NCBI GenBank assembly: GCA_951406725.2
Contig: OX597816.1
Coordinates: forward strand, 122,760,001-122,824,000
Direction of reading: 5' to 3'
DNA: 64,000 bases
From: Octopus vulgaris
Lineage: Eukaryota
Part shown: positions 14,355 through 27,128 of the stretch, piece after piece
Layout of the letters: the number at the start of each line of letters is the position of its first letter
Numbering within the stretch: position 1 is the stretch's first letter
Made by a program: the position numbers and the translations under genes
Notes under the pieces: generated by a model
Databases searched by the model: none
Told to the model about the DNA's origin: nothing
Seen by the model: the letters and a program-made list of their open reading frames with translations, nothing else

Positions 14355-15001
14355 TCACTTTGGAACCAGTTATGGATGCACCGTTGGAAATAACAAGACA
14401 CGTGTAATATACATAAAAGCGTTTACATTGTGCTAGGTTATTTATTACAGGAGCTCATAGGGGTCATATAGGTTGCATTTTATCTTTTATGCAAGAAGAA
14501 AAGCAGAACTCTTAACACTTCTGAGGGCTTCCGAGATGATGGAAAACTGGAAGATATCTTCAAACCGGAAACCTGGTTCAAGTGTTAGCAACAGGGGGAA
14601 CTCAGCTAACGGTAGACACAAAGTTCAAGTTGGTGGTACTAAATCGAGCCACGGATTAAATCTAACGCCCAATTTGGCCATGGTGGAATTTTAAATAAGA
14701 AAGCAAATACTTGGAACAGATACCATAAGACATCGAGTCCGACATTCTTACAGCCCTGCTGATCCATCACCAGTACTTGATAATTTTTTATCGATTCTGC
14801 AAGGATGGAGAACAAAGTTAAACCCGGTGAGATTTGAACCCAGTATGTAGAGGGTCAGAGTAGGTGAGATTCAGAAAGGAAAGGAACAGATAGAAGTTGA
14901 AATGGAAGGGAATAAGATTTGCAGTGGGACAGATAAAAAATTGTGGAAATGAGAAATATTTCTGTGAGTGTATGCGCTTGGTGTAAACCTCCAGAATTTA
15001 T

Positions 15002-15247
15002 GTGAAGGTGTGTGGCTTAGTAGCTAGGAGTGCTGAATTTATGATCGTAAGGTTGTGATTTCGACCCCTGGACCGGGAATTCCTGGCGCGTTGTTTTTGG
15101 GCAAAATACTTCATTTCACGTTGCTCCAGTCCACTCAGCTGGCGAAAATGAATAATCCTACAAGCGTCCCGTCCAGGTTGATAACACAATGGAAACCAGG
15201 AAAGCGGCCCCTATGAGTCGGCATGACTCGAGAAAAGTTTTGTTTTT
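15002..15247 (+). mobile_element. tRNA-derived CORE-like SINE
   Basis: Head TGGCTTAGTAGCTAG with B-box-like GATTTCGACCC, then TTGGGCAAAATACTTCATTTCACGTTGCTCCAGTCCACTCAGCTG (CORE-like). Confidence 0.75.
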
Positions 15248-16121
15248 AGAGGTTATATGCGTAAATGGTTTTGATAGATTTAACTAGTATTCCAGAGAAT
15301 TCTTTTGCAAATAAGAAAAATACTACATTTCATCGTATTTGGAGGGATAATCCGAGCCTTTACAATGCGGTCGACAAAGGTGAGGAAACTTTGAGAAGAG
15401 AATAATGACAGTTCAAATGTGAGTAAAGTAAGGAGGATTAAAGTCGAGATTGAAGTCTCACTTAGTTGCATTAAAATAAACAGTGAGTGAAATGTGAGAA
15501 CTATAAATATCAATAGCGAAGATAGAAATAAATTCGAAAGGTGAATGAAAACAGTTGACGAAAGAAATAAATCCAATAGGTTCAACTCTAGAGAGCGCAG
15601 AGCGCCAAAACTCTCTTGCCGTAATGACAATAGAATTACTTGCGTTTAATATACTGTGTCTGTATCAAATAACTTGTATATATTTGTTTACAAAAACATA
15701 TATAGATGGTATGTATGTGCAGTGATATAGCTATTTTAATTTGAAGCAGTTTCATTTGCATACACCAATTTATATAAATCCCGGCAAGATTCCAGCAATA
15801 TCAATGACTATATTATTCAGTTATATAATCGGAGGGGACAAATTTCGTCTAAGCATATTGTGACCAGGTACATGTCACTGACAAGGCTCAAGAAAACCGA
15901 AATGCGAGTGACGTCCTCATGAGTTATAGCTAAGACGATTTACTTCGCTTAGTTATATGTTGTGTTTTTAGCAAACATATCTATGATGAGATTTTATTTT
16001 AGCCCAGAATGAATCACATCATCAGTCTTTCAATGGTAGGGGGTATGTATGTATGTATGTATGTATGTATGTATGTATGTATGTATGTGTGTATGTATGT
16101 ATGTATGTATGTATGTGTGTG

Positions 16122-16180
16122 TATGTTACCTCGTTGTTGGTAACATGATCTTCCCATTTTACGTTGAGGCTCTGTCGTAT
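16122..16180 (-). mobile_element. Micro-fragment of an RTE LINE inside a (CATA)n tract
   Basis: Translates IRQSLNVKWEDHVTNNEV (RTE consensus LR.IL.I.W.D.V.N.EV), flanked on both sides by (TATG)n. Confidence 0.6.
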
Positions 16181-16205
16181 GTATGTATATATATGTATAT
16201 ATATG

Positions 16206-16267
<62 letters not shown>

Positions 16268-17048
16268 TCCATAATTTGGCACGCACAGCCATATACTATC
16301 CTTTCCAGAAGATGCAGACTCTGCTCCTAGGAATACTTGTCTATTTTGTGGACCAATGAGAAGATCTTTAATAGAATTTATTAAAAACTCTCAAAATGCT
16401 TACATATTTATAAATGCACTTTCGCACAATGCAGTGCTAACGAATTTGAGTAATCGTTAACCAAATTAATAATCATAATTTACTTTAAGGTATAGATGAA
16501 TTAAATTTAACTCTAGCCACCTCATTATTATAAACATTAAGTATTTATTTAATTCGCTGTGTGAGCGTATGAATGCCAAATCATGCATGTGTGTATGCTT
16601 ATATCCTCGTGGATGTTTGCACGAGCGAGTGTACGTGCGACATACAACCTATGTGAGGGCGTTTCTACACCCATATCTGTTAACGGTTATATTTAATACT
16701 ATTTTCGTTGTATTGTGTATTCGTTTCTTTTTCCATCTGTTATCTATAATTGATCTTCTATAAAAATGAAATTGTATCCCTTAATTTGATGCTTTTCTAT
16801 AGACAAACCGAACAAGAGTTATTTCAATGATATACATCTTATAATCACCAGAAGAGACAAATCTACCCCGACTGATACTCCTAAACCAGTTGAGTATCTC
16901 ACCCGTGAGGGATCGATGCTAGATGGGTCGAAACAATTGTAGTGACTAATAAACATTCTCGTATCTTCCATCTTCCTTCTCTCTCATTAATCAAATACAT
17001 ACATACATATGTACGTATGTATGTATATGTGTGTATGTGTATCTGTTT

Positions 17049-17100
<52 letters not shown>

Positions 17101-17141
17101 TGCACTGCTGGCTATTTTAATTTAGTGTTGTTTCAACCGCA

Positions 17142-17210
17142 TTCAGTTGCGCAATGACGTTAATTAAATCAAGGCAGATTGGATTCAATTAACGTCATTG
17201 CACGACTGGA
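17142..17210. other. ~70-nt imperfect hairpin (27-bp arms), pre-miRNA-like geometry
   Basis: CAGTTGCGCAATGACGTTAATTAAATC / GATTCAATTAACGTCATTGCACGACTG, 3 transition mismatches, 11-nt loop. Confidence 0.6.
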
Positions 17211-17691
17211 ACGTAATTGATCGACCTCTGTACGAAAAAAGAAAACAACAACAAAAGAAAAAAAAAGAAAACTAAGCAAAACAAAACCAAGAGTTCACCT
17301 TGATTATACTGATTTAAACTCAGCAACGTAAGGCAGTGAGATGAAAATGTGTAGTATCAGGTCCTTCATATATATTGTCACATTTCAACATACTACTAAG
17401 AATGTGAGCTGTAAATAAAAACAAAACAAGTAAAAGCGGAAGACAAAATGTAAACAAGACAATAACATCAGCAGTAGAGATCTAATGGAATAATATAATA
17501 TCAAAGAACCAACTTAACAGCTTTTATTTGAAAATCTACAAGAAACAGCTAATCGAAGAAAACACACAACTGGAAATGTAAACGAAACCAATTAGATACG
17601 TGTCAAAGAATTAATAAGCATTTGCTACAACAATGGACACACACAAACACACACAACACACACATATATATATATATATGTATGTATATAT

Positions 17692-17746
<55 letters not shown>

Positions 17747-18244
17747 CTTATATATAGAGATTTACCACCCTCATTGCAAACAAACGTGTTGTATTTTACT
17801 TCTTTCAATGGCCGCAATGGTATGCGGACTAATTAACCTTCTTAATTATTGAATATCGGAAGTACAATGAAAGTGATAGGATAGAAAGTAAGATCTGTAG
17901 CTGAATATTAATTAAAGCAAAAATATATTACAATGAGCGCTCTGTTGTTTGGAAGCAATTAGTCAATATTTCTGTAATAGTTAAGTATCATTTTGTCGTG
18001 AGAGATTTATCTACTCAACCCCGCCCACTAAAAAATTAGGTATATTACACCTTTGCTGTGATTTACAATAATAATAAACATATGTAAATAACATTATCTC
18101 CATGCAACTATAAATGTTTGCATTAGATGAATTGAGAGAGAAGTATTAAGTAAATATCATAAACTAAATTTGATAGGATGATTGTGTGTGTTTGTTTGCG
18201 TAATTGATTTCGCACATATACACACTCACATATACATACATTAG

Positions 18245-18452
18245 TTTCAAGTTTTGGTAGAAAGACAGCAGATTTGAGTTAGGGTCTAAGTCGATTAAAT
18301 CGACCCCAGTGTTCAGCTGGTACCTATTTTATCGACCCCGAAAGGGTGAAAGGCAAAGCCGATGCTGGCGGAAATTCAACTCAGAAAGTGAAGAAGAACG
18401 AAATGCCTCTAAGCACTTCGTCCGGCGTGCTAAAGATTCTGCCAGCTCGCCA
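18245..18452 (-). mobile_element. tRNA-derived SINE (Meta-domain-like family)
   Basis: Minus strand GGCGAGCTGGCAGAATCTTTAGCACGCCGG...CTGAGTTGAATTTCCGCC...TTCGGGGTCGATAAAAATAGGTACCAG; same family as copies at 32, 37, 53 and 57 kb. Confidence 0.8.
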
Positions 18453-19689
18453 TTTTGTTCACATAACTGATACTCCGTCGGTTAGTGTGTTGCTCAAGGA
18501 CATGACGTGTCGCCGAGAATTGAACTCACATCCATACGCTTGTGTGCCGAATACCCTAACCACTAAACCATGCGTCTACACATGTGCATATATTAATATG
18601 CGTACACACATGATTCTTAAAGATATTCTTTTATTTATGTGTGTGTGTGTGTGTGTGTGTATGCACAAATATAAGTCTGAGTGTGAATGTGTGTATGCAT
18701 ATATGTATGCAGACATACACATATACATATATATATATATACATAAATATGTGTATGTATGTTTGTATAATTTGTATACAAAGAGAATGAACATTAATGC
18801 ATTTGTAAGGAAAAAAATATTGCGGGTATTGGAACCCCACAATGACTGGATAAGAAATAGTTAAATATTGTTCATGAACAATAATGATGACGAACTACTT
18901 CGTACATTTAGCTCCAGATTAAGAATGATACTCATTTTTTCCCCAGTCGTTGCCATAGTGTAGGTGTAGCGCTACCTTGTCGCGTCATTTACTTTTTTAC
19001 TATCTAGTTGCGTAGCTTTTTAATCCTATCTTATATTTTACATTAAACATTAAATACTTTTCCACACAGAGAAATATAGATTAAGACAAACCAGCTGTCC
19101 TCCTACTAGAATGGAAACGAGCAAATGGATAGACCCTAAGTATGAATGATAGGATAAGAAAAATATCATATAGGTCTGCATACTGCATCTGTTGCTCGCA
19201 AAGGAGTATGAATTGATAGAATGTACTATGTTTTCGCGAATTATTTTAGGTGCTTATGTTGTGACAAGCAGACACAAATAACTTAAGAAACACGTTATCC
19301 TTTACAAATATTGCGTTTATAAAATACCTAATGAAGAAACCGTGTACATTCAGAAGAATTCCAGTCACCTTCCAAATCAGCCATAATTATAATCTATAGT
19401 AACTAATTATTATAATTACTATCAGTAGAATTTCGAATTCATTTAAGTTTAAGTCAGAACCGTATTCATTTACAATGAGTTGTACACGAGAAGTAGATTT
19501 GGTGAGAAATGAGTCAACACGAAAGATCTTCCTAATCACGCCCTCGAAGAGAATTATTAAGTGAAAATTTAGTTTGGTTTAAACCTCTGTTCAACCGAGA
19601 AGTCTCTACGAGCATACACAGTAGGTTTTATCTCTAATCTAGCAACACTTTATAATCACACACACACACATAATACTACGAGCATTGAA

Positions 19690-20400
19690 GTGGCAGTTTT
19701 CCTTCCAGCAATACAGGCTATAAGATAAGAAGCATTCACGAACGTGAGCTTCACCTTGTGCAACCTATTTATACTGCAGTTACCAAGCGGATGATAGCTA
19801 ATGACTTCAAGAAAAGGCCCATTGCATACATGCACTTCTCAGGCCCAGAGACAGAGAATTTCATATTCTTTTTATATAGAGACTTCAGAACTAAGAAAAT
19901 GACCAACGTTGCTGCCGAAATTTCTACTTGCTTATCCATAGTGCATGAATGCATCTTTGTCCCCATGAGAAACTGTACATAATGCAACTGTGTGTTATAT
20001 TCCTTGACAAGAAAACTGGACTCCTCTACCACTACCACCAGCGGACCTCACTTTTAACCAACATTAAATGATTTGTTGTAAACAGTGTTCCATAAATTTC
20101 ATTGATCGCTTTCTATTGTGTTAAAATTTCTGGCGAAAGCAAAGAAAAATACAGGTTATTTGGTATTGCACTAGAAATATCTGCTGTTCGACAGCTGCTC
20201 AATAGTCGCAGGAGCATTCAGCAGAAGTTAAATTACCGGCTCGATCTTGTGACACAAACTTCCCAATAATAACTAAGCTTTCTTATCGACCAATGAAAAT
20301 TAACTTTATTGAAAAGCCGAACTTCTCTCACTATTCATTATTATAGCATCCGAATGATAAGACATATTCTGCAACTTTTAGAAATGCAGATTCAAGTCAC
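19690..20400 (+). mobile_element. Decayed mariner-like transposase
   Basis: LYRDFRTKKMTNVAAEISTCLSIVHE...CNCVLYSLT resembles the mariner HTH/WVPR region (I..DRR.T...A..L.IS...VH.I...KVC..WVP..LT); heavily degraded. Confidence 0.4.
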
Positions 20401-20450
20401 AATGTTAACATTCATACACACCAGCAAATATACACAATACAAATATATAT

Positions 20451-20870
20451 ACTTTATTAATAATATATAAACTTTATTAATAAAGCTGCAAAAACATTAC
20501 AAAAACTGTTACTCAGTTTCACGTTCCCGTTCATCGGACAGTTTTGGTTGAGAATGGAACAAAAATAAAATAATAAGTATAAATATAGGATTACATTGAT
20601 AGATACACATTCTAAATTGGTTTTGTTTCATTGAACCTTTTATAACTATACGGACTTTCAATAGTCGTTGATATGAAATTAAAATTAAGATTTCAAATCA
20701 TTATTTAAAATCGAAGAAAACCTTAAATCAAAAATTAACTGTAGTAGAAGGAAAACATCCTGTATACCCAGAGTAAATTAATTAATGATAAAATAAATCT
20801 AAGTTAATTAAGAAGATATATTCCGGTTAAAATATAAACATTCACTAACAAATAACTAACATCGTAAAAA
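20451..20870 (-). mobile_element. PLE-type terminal segment with hammerhead motif, ending at AATAAAG/(TA)n
   Basis: Homologous to the arms of the 51339-51679 element (GTTCCATTCT..AAAACTGT.CGATGAACG...GAAAC..GAGTAACAG). The upstream limit is approximate. Confidence 0.65.
20502..20545 (-). ncRNA. Type-I minimal hammerhead ribozyme motif (core variant CCGAUGA)
   Basis: AAAACTGT-CCGATGA-ACG(GGAA)CGT-GAAA-CTGAG-TA-ACAGTTTT: 8-bp stem I, 3-bp stem II, U4C change in the core. Confidence 0.7.
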
Positions 20871-21225
20871 TACATATACATTTACTTATACATACACATA
20901 CCAAAACAACTATACATACATACATATACTAAACATGCAAGCGTTGGTACACGCCTACGTACACATACAAAGACAGGCAAAACATATATATATATATATA
21001 TATATTAATGCATATATATTTATCTACGTATACACACACATGTATACACCCACACACACGCGCGCGCGCGCATAATGCGTTTCCATGCGTATTTCTAAAT
21101 GTACAACTTAGTTGTTGCAAGCTAGAAAAAGAGAAAAGGAAAGAAAACAATAAATGGTGGGAGAAAGAAAAAGAAGAAAAAGAAGTGGTGGAAGAGAGAA
21201 AAAAAGAAAGAGAAAGAGAAATATA

Positions 21226-21375
<150 letters not shown>

Positions 21376-22271
21376 CAGAGAGAGAGAGAGAAATGATTTG
21401 GAAGTTGGCGTTTGCAAGAAGTGTCTAACAAATGTTAGATACTTCTGTAAGCTTACAAACGCACACGTAAAAGTGTACACATATAAAACAGATATGCATA
21501 TCTACATAAATATATACATATATATACAATAGTAACACACATGTAGACACACATACAAATATACAAATAAACACATAATGTAAATATACATATCCACATA
21601 AATATATTCATATCAAGATACATATATACCCCATAACGTATATACGCATATAGATATATTAAAAACTGGCTGGTGCATTGAATATTAAAATGAGAAAATT
21701 GTACCAGCATTGTAATACTAAAAGATGTCTATATTTTTGGTGTAAAAGCCAAATTAAAATGCAAAAGTCAGAAGAATTCACCATGTTAATCAGGTCAGTT
21801 AAAGCTACCCTACTACTAAAATGTAAACATTTTTGAACTTATAATATTCTGTGTATACATATACAGATACAATACCAATATTCCACAGAACTTTTTAATA
21901 ATTCCTTCTGGAAACTATATTTAACATTTTCTTGAGAATGTATATTGATGTTGGAATCTTTTGTGCCCAATATTTTCATGAACTTGTTAGACTTTTTTAT
22001 ATTTTCCCAAGATTTCCCCTTGTAAACTGTTAACATGTTCTTGTTATCAAAGACCGTATATATGTATTGTAGTATTTTGTGACAACCAGTACCTAACACA
22101 ACCAAGCTTTTACATGTTACTTTTGACAATCTTTTTCTAAAAAAGTGAAACCGGTAAAGTAAATAAACATCTTTTAAAATTGACTTTTCAAACCTTCTTT
22201 CATATATAATTCCATTCGTGCGGTACCTTACAACTCCACTTTGTTATATATGTATATATATATATATATAT

Positions 22272-22634
22272 AAATCAATAAATGGTGGGGTTGTGTTGAC
22301 CGCACGTGGAGAAATGATAGGCAAGGAAAAATTATAAAAAGGCAGAATGCTAAATTGAAGGTAAATTTTAATGAAAATGGGTGTATGGAGAATTTTTAAA
22401 AATTGCAAAAAACAATGTAATTTTCTTTTTTTTCCCCTCCTCAATTATAAAAAAAATTTCTTTTCACCTTACAATTCTTGAAAAGTCGTATTGCGACGAA
22501 AATCGGTTAGAATTAATATTTAAAAAAAAAAATCTTTTTAAATTTTCCATACACCTATTTTCATTAAAATTTATATACATTAAAATTATATATGTATTAA
22601 AATTTAGCATTCTGCTTTTTATAATTTTCCCTTG

Positions 22635-22640
<6 letters not shown>
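22272..22640. mobile_element. (TA)n-embedded fold-back element with central hammerhead (PLE/retrozyme-like)
   Basis: Imperfect inverted arms ~22317-22400 and ~22535-22640 (ATAGGCAAGG.AAAATTATAAAAA.GCAGAATGCTAAATT...GGTGTATGG); (TA)n on both sides; hammerhead at 22473-22514. Confidence 0.75.
22473..22514 (+). ncRNA. Type-I minimal hammerhead ribozyme, U3-A8 core variant
   Basis: AATTC-TTGAAAA-GTCG(TATTG)CGAC-GAAA-A(TCGG)T-TA-GAATT: stems I, II and III all pair; the core has U3/A8 instead of C3/G8. Confidence 0.7.
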
Positions 22641-22700
<60 letters not shown>

Positions 22701-22702
<2 letters not shown>

Positions 22703-22940
22703 GTGAGGGAAGAAATGGAGCCGAACGAAGATTTTACAAAATTCCTTTTTTGTAAAATCTTCGTTCAGCTCCATTTCTTCCCTCACTAAATATATAAAAC
22801 TTCAATTATCCGCACTAAGGCACGGTTGCGATACCCCATGGTCGTAACCTCAGCCGTGATTTTTCTGTTGTGATTTTTGCTACCCAGGTATCGGTTATAA
22901 TTTGAATAATCCGTAACAAGATAATTCATTTATCCATTTC
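22701..22940. mobile_element. (TA)n-embedded element with 41-bp terminal fold-back
   Basis: Arms 22701-22741 and 22748-22788 (1 mismatch, 6-nt loop TTCCTT), then ~150-bp unique tail; flanked by (TA)n. Confidence 0.75.
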
Positions 22941-22976
22941 ATATATATATATATATATATATGTATGTATATATAG

Positions 22977-23020
<44 letters not shown>

Positions 23021-23025
23021 ATATA

Positions 23026-23067
<42 letters not shown>

Positions 23068-24498
23068 CATACATACATATATACATATATATACACACAC
23101 ACGCACACATATACAATTGGGGATAAATAAGTGGGTGGATAGATAAATGCTCTTGTAATGGTGGTAGAAAAATGAAAGAGAGGAAACCACGTGTCTGTGA
23201 TCTGGTGATATAGTGATGCTGAGCGAAGTTTGTAACTCTGACGAATGACCCTGCAATTTAGGATATTTGTGGATATACATTGAACGCCATATCAATTTCC
23301 TAGGATCTCGTTAACGGAATATGGTTCAAATATTTTTGGGTTGTATGTCATATATCGTAATGCTCTATAAGACACCATTACTATTGATTTGGATTGATGA
23401 ATGCAATGCTTTGGGTTGCGGAACATAACATGCGACAATTGTTGTTACATAGAAAGCATCATTGGTAATACAACCTGTTGGCATAACTTGTTAAATGCCC
23501 ATCGATACAAATGCCATGGACATAATAGTGTCATAGAATAATTCTGTTTCCTTAGTATATTATATTACATAACATGCTTGATTTACTTTCAGATATCAGC
23601 TTTGTGCACATTTGGCATGTTGCTTTTTATCAATTTAATTGGATTCCTTCCAATGATATGTAATTTTCGAAGCAGTCTTATCTTATTGCTCACTTTGTTT
23701 GCTGTTGTATAGTCTACTGATACTTTTTTGTTTACCAAATTTCTTTGATTTCGTTTATTCTTTCTACTCGGTTCCAGAATTACTACACCTTATCTTCTTC
23801 AAATGTTGCTACCAACTTTTATTGACTGATACTTTTCTCTCGTCTTGATTATTCTGAGACAATTCCAGCTTTATGGTATTATATTCAGGATGGTAGAGTA
23901 TTTCGTTCATTTATCTGATATACGGCTTGCTGCTTTATATTTTGCATTATTCTGTCGATAGAGTATAATGAGTTAATATCAAGAGAAATATGATATTAAA
24001 CGAACATTAATGTCAAAATAATCTTTCTTTGTGAAAAACATTTTAACTGTCCGATTCAAAGTCTTTGTTAAATGTTTATCATCTCATTCACTTATGGTGG
24101 AAATACCGAAAGCTTAGAAGTAAAATATTGATTTTAGAAAATACCATTTGGTACAAAGAAAAGAAAATGATCTAGTGAAGCAGAAGTTTGGGAAAAATTG
24201 AAAGGAACAAAATTTCGCAAATCGTTAACATTTCGGAAAGTAACAAGCTCTATATTATACCGAAACAGAAATGGGTTTAGTGAAACGATCATGCTTTCTC
24301 TCGAGTACATTAGCGTTGCGAAAGAAAGGAAATAATTCCAAATGAAAATTCAAAGCGAACCATGATTTCAGATTTATAGCAAAGTAAGTGTTGCTTTACC
24401 GTCGATAATTTAAATACCTTGTTTAAACACGTGGTAATTGGCCAGGAAATTTTATCGAAGGAATATAGTTTACTGAATCACTTGACATACATAACTGG

Positions 24499-24570
<72 letters not shown>

Positions 24571-24662
24571 TACACACACACTTAAATACATACATACATC
24601 CATACGTACGTACTTATGTACATATGCATGTATGTATGTATGTATGTATGTATTATGTATTT

Positions 24663-24890
24663 GAGGCTTAGTGGTTAGGGTGGTGCGTTAGGTTGTGTTC
24701 TTGAACAAAGCATTTCATCTCACGTTGCTCTGCAATAAATTCGACACTTGACGCATGGTACACAATGCACCCGTTCAAACAACGTCGAGTTGATTGAGAG
24801 AGTTAGCTAATGTGCGGCATGAACATTTAATCATTATAAACAAATCAGTTGTGCAGGTCGTCGGCAAAAAAGCTGAAGACAGCATTCGTT
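24663..24890 (+). mobile_element. CORE-like tRNA SINE (same family as 30245-30515)
   Basis: GGCTTAGTGGTTAGG head, GTGTTCTTGAACAAAGCATTTCATCTCACGTTGCTCTG; tail colinear with the minus-strand copy at 30.3 kb. Confidence 0.7.
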
Positions 24891-25690
24891 GGATTTAGGG
24901 TTATAACGGAACTGGGCCTAACCAAATTCAAGAGACATTTATCTGGGTGCTTTGCTTTTTCTTTACTCTGTTATTACTTTTCTTCCCGTAATTGTTGAAA
25001 TCAAAATAGAGCGAATTGACCGAATCGTTAGAACATCGGCCAAAATGCTGTGGGCTTTCTTTTGGCACTCTACGTTCCCTGTTGAAATCCCACCGAGATC
25101 AACTTTCCTCTTCATTCTCTCAGACTCGATAAAATACGGTATCAGTAAAGCAAAGGGGTTGATGATATCGACAAATTCCCTACCCCCAAAATTACAGGTT
25201 TTGTACGAAAGTGAAAAACAATTATTTCCCAAATCATATCAAACAGAATTGGTTTAGCAATCTTGCATTGTTGTTTATGAAACTGGAAACAATTTTGAAA
25301 TGTTGAAAACAGGGACACATTCACAATCAGAGAAAATAGAGTAAAACAGAAAGAATGAGAGAAAGGGAGAACGATGAGAATGAAGGAGATGATATCGAGT
25401 GGCGTTCAAACTTTACCTCAAGACATTAGTGGTAGCGTAAATAGATAATGATGGAATGGTAACAACACTTTACAGAGAATAAAAGACTATTAAGTGAAAA
25501 TATAGTCTTAAAGTGGTATAAACATAAAATAACAAAAAATCGGTATATGTTTATATATGTATGTATGCATGCATGTATGTATGTATGTATGTATGTATGT
25601 ATATGTATGTATGTATATGTATGTATATGTATGTATGTATATGTATATATATATATATATATACATATATATATACATATATATATATAT

Positions 25691-25774
<84 letters not shown>

Positions 25775-27019
25775 CGCGCATTTGTCTGAGTGCACACGCG
25801 CGCGTGTGTATGAGGAAAATTTGAAAATAAAACATTTATGGAATGTAGAAAGTTGGATTTTAGATAAAAGTACAAAATAAATATCGAAAATATTTTCAGT
25901 TATAACCAATAATTTTCATGAAGGCGAAAACATTTGTTCAAGATGAAACAATATTTTTCCATATAAGCTAACATCGTATATTTATTTGAAATATCAAACG
26001 ATACTCAGACTTGACTTCCCCGGGAGAAGATGTACTTAAATGCTTACATACATACATACATACATACATACATGCATACATACATATGTGTGCGTGTGTG
26101 TGTAAATATGTTTGTATGTATTTAATATATGTGTTTTTACATACATATATATTTTGTTTCTATACCCAATCTTATGTGTGAGTGTGTACGGCCATGTGTG
26201 TGTATATATTCTTTCTATTCTTTTACTTTTCTCAGTCATTAAGCTACACCATGCAGGGACACCACTTTGAAGGCTTCGGTCTATCAAATCGACCTCCTGT
26301 ACTCTTGTACCGTTACTTATTCTATCATCCATTTTGCTAAGCTCAAAGAGCTTGTAAACAAGCCGGTATTGGTAGTTACGTGCTGATAGAAATCACAGAC
26401 ATAAAGACAGACAAAACTTATACGCTCATGTACATGCACACATACACAAGTACACATACACACACACACACCGTAAATGCCATCTTTTCTGGACAACAAA
26501 ATTGGAAATACGCTCAAACTAACGTCAAGAGACAAAGCTTCGGAAAAAGATTACTTCACAACAGAGATGATAACATGCAGAGGTGAAGAGCTGTGGAAGA
26601 TCCTCGTTCAAAGCTTCAATCGCTATCTGAAGGAGGGTAAAATACTCTAACTGTGGAAAGAGTTAAATACCATCTTGCTTCCGTTGTTGATAATGTTACT
26701 TTTTCTGGAAGCAGAGATGATTTTAAATCAAGTTTTATGATATATGGTATTTAATGTGTCTGTATTTGTCTCTGTGACTCAAACATCTGCCACTAGCCCC
26801 TTTCAGATGTTTCTCTTAGCTCATTTTCTTTTATATATATACATATACACACACGCATACATATTTCGAAGAGCAAGCAAGAGATATAGAACTTAATACA
26901 CACACACACACACACACACACATACGAGTATGTATGTATATATGTATATATATAGTGCGATAGATAGATAGACAGATAGACAGACAGACAGACAGATAGA
27001 TAGATAAAGCAAATGAGTT

Positions 27020-27128
27020 ACAAGGATGTCCAGGTATTAGTGCATTGCGGCCGTTTCAAGCAGCTCCATTTAATCGATCAATGCAGACATTACATCAATT
27101 TTAAAATAAACCGCTCTCCTCGATTCAT
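27020..27128 (-). mobile_element. Degenerate copy of the long-loop hammerhead element family
   Basis: Aligns with 51125-51233 (TTTTAAAA.TGATGTAAT...GAAAC(GGCC)G...TGGACATCCTTGT); core decayed to TCGAGGA and CA at the cleavage site. Confidence 0.6.

Noticed and set aside
23120-24000. Possible decayed transposase on the minus strand
   Set aside because: No diagnostic motif recognisable in any frame.
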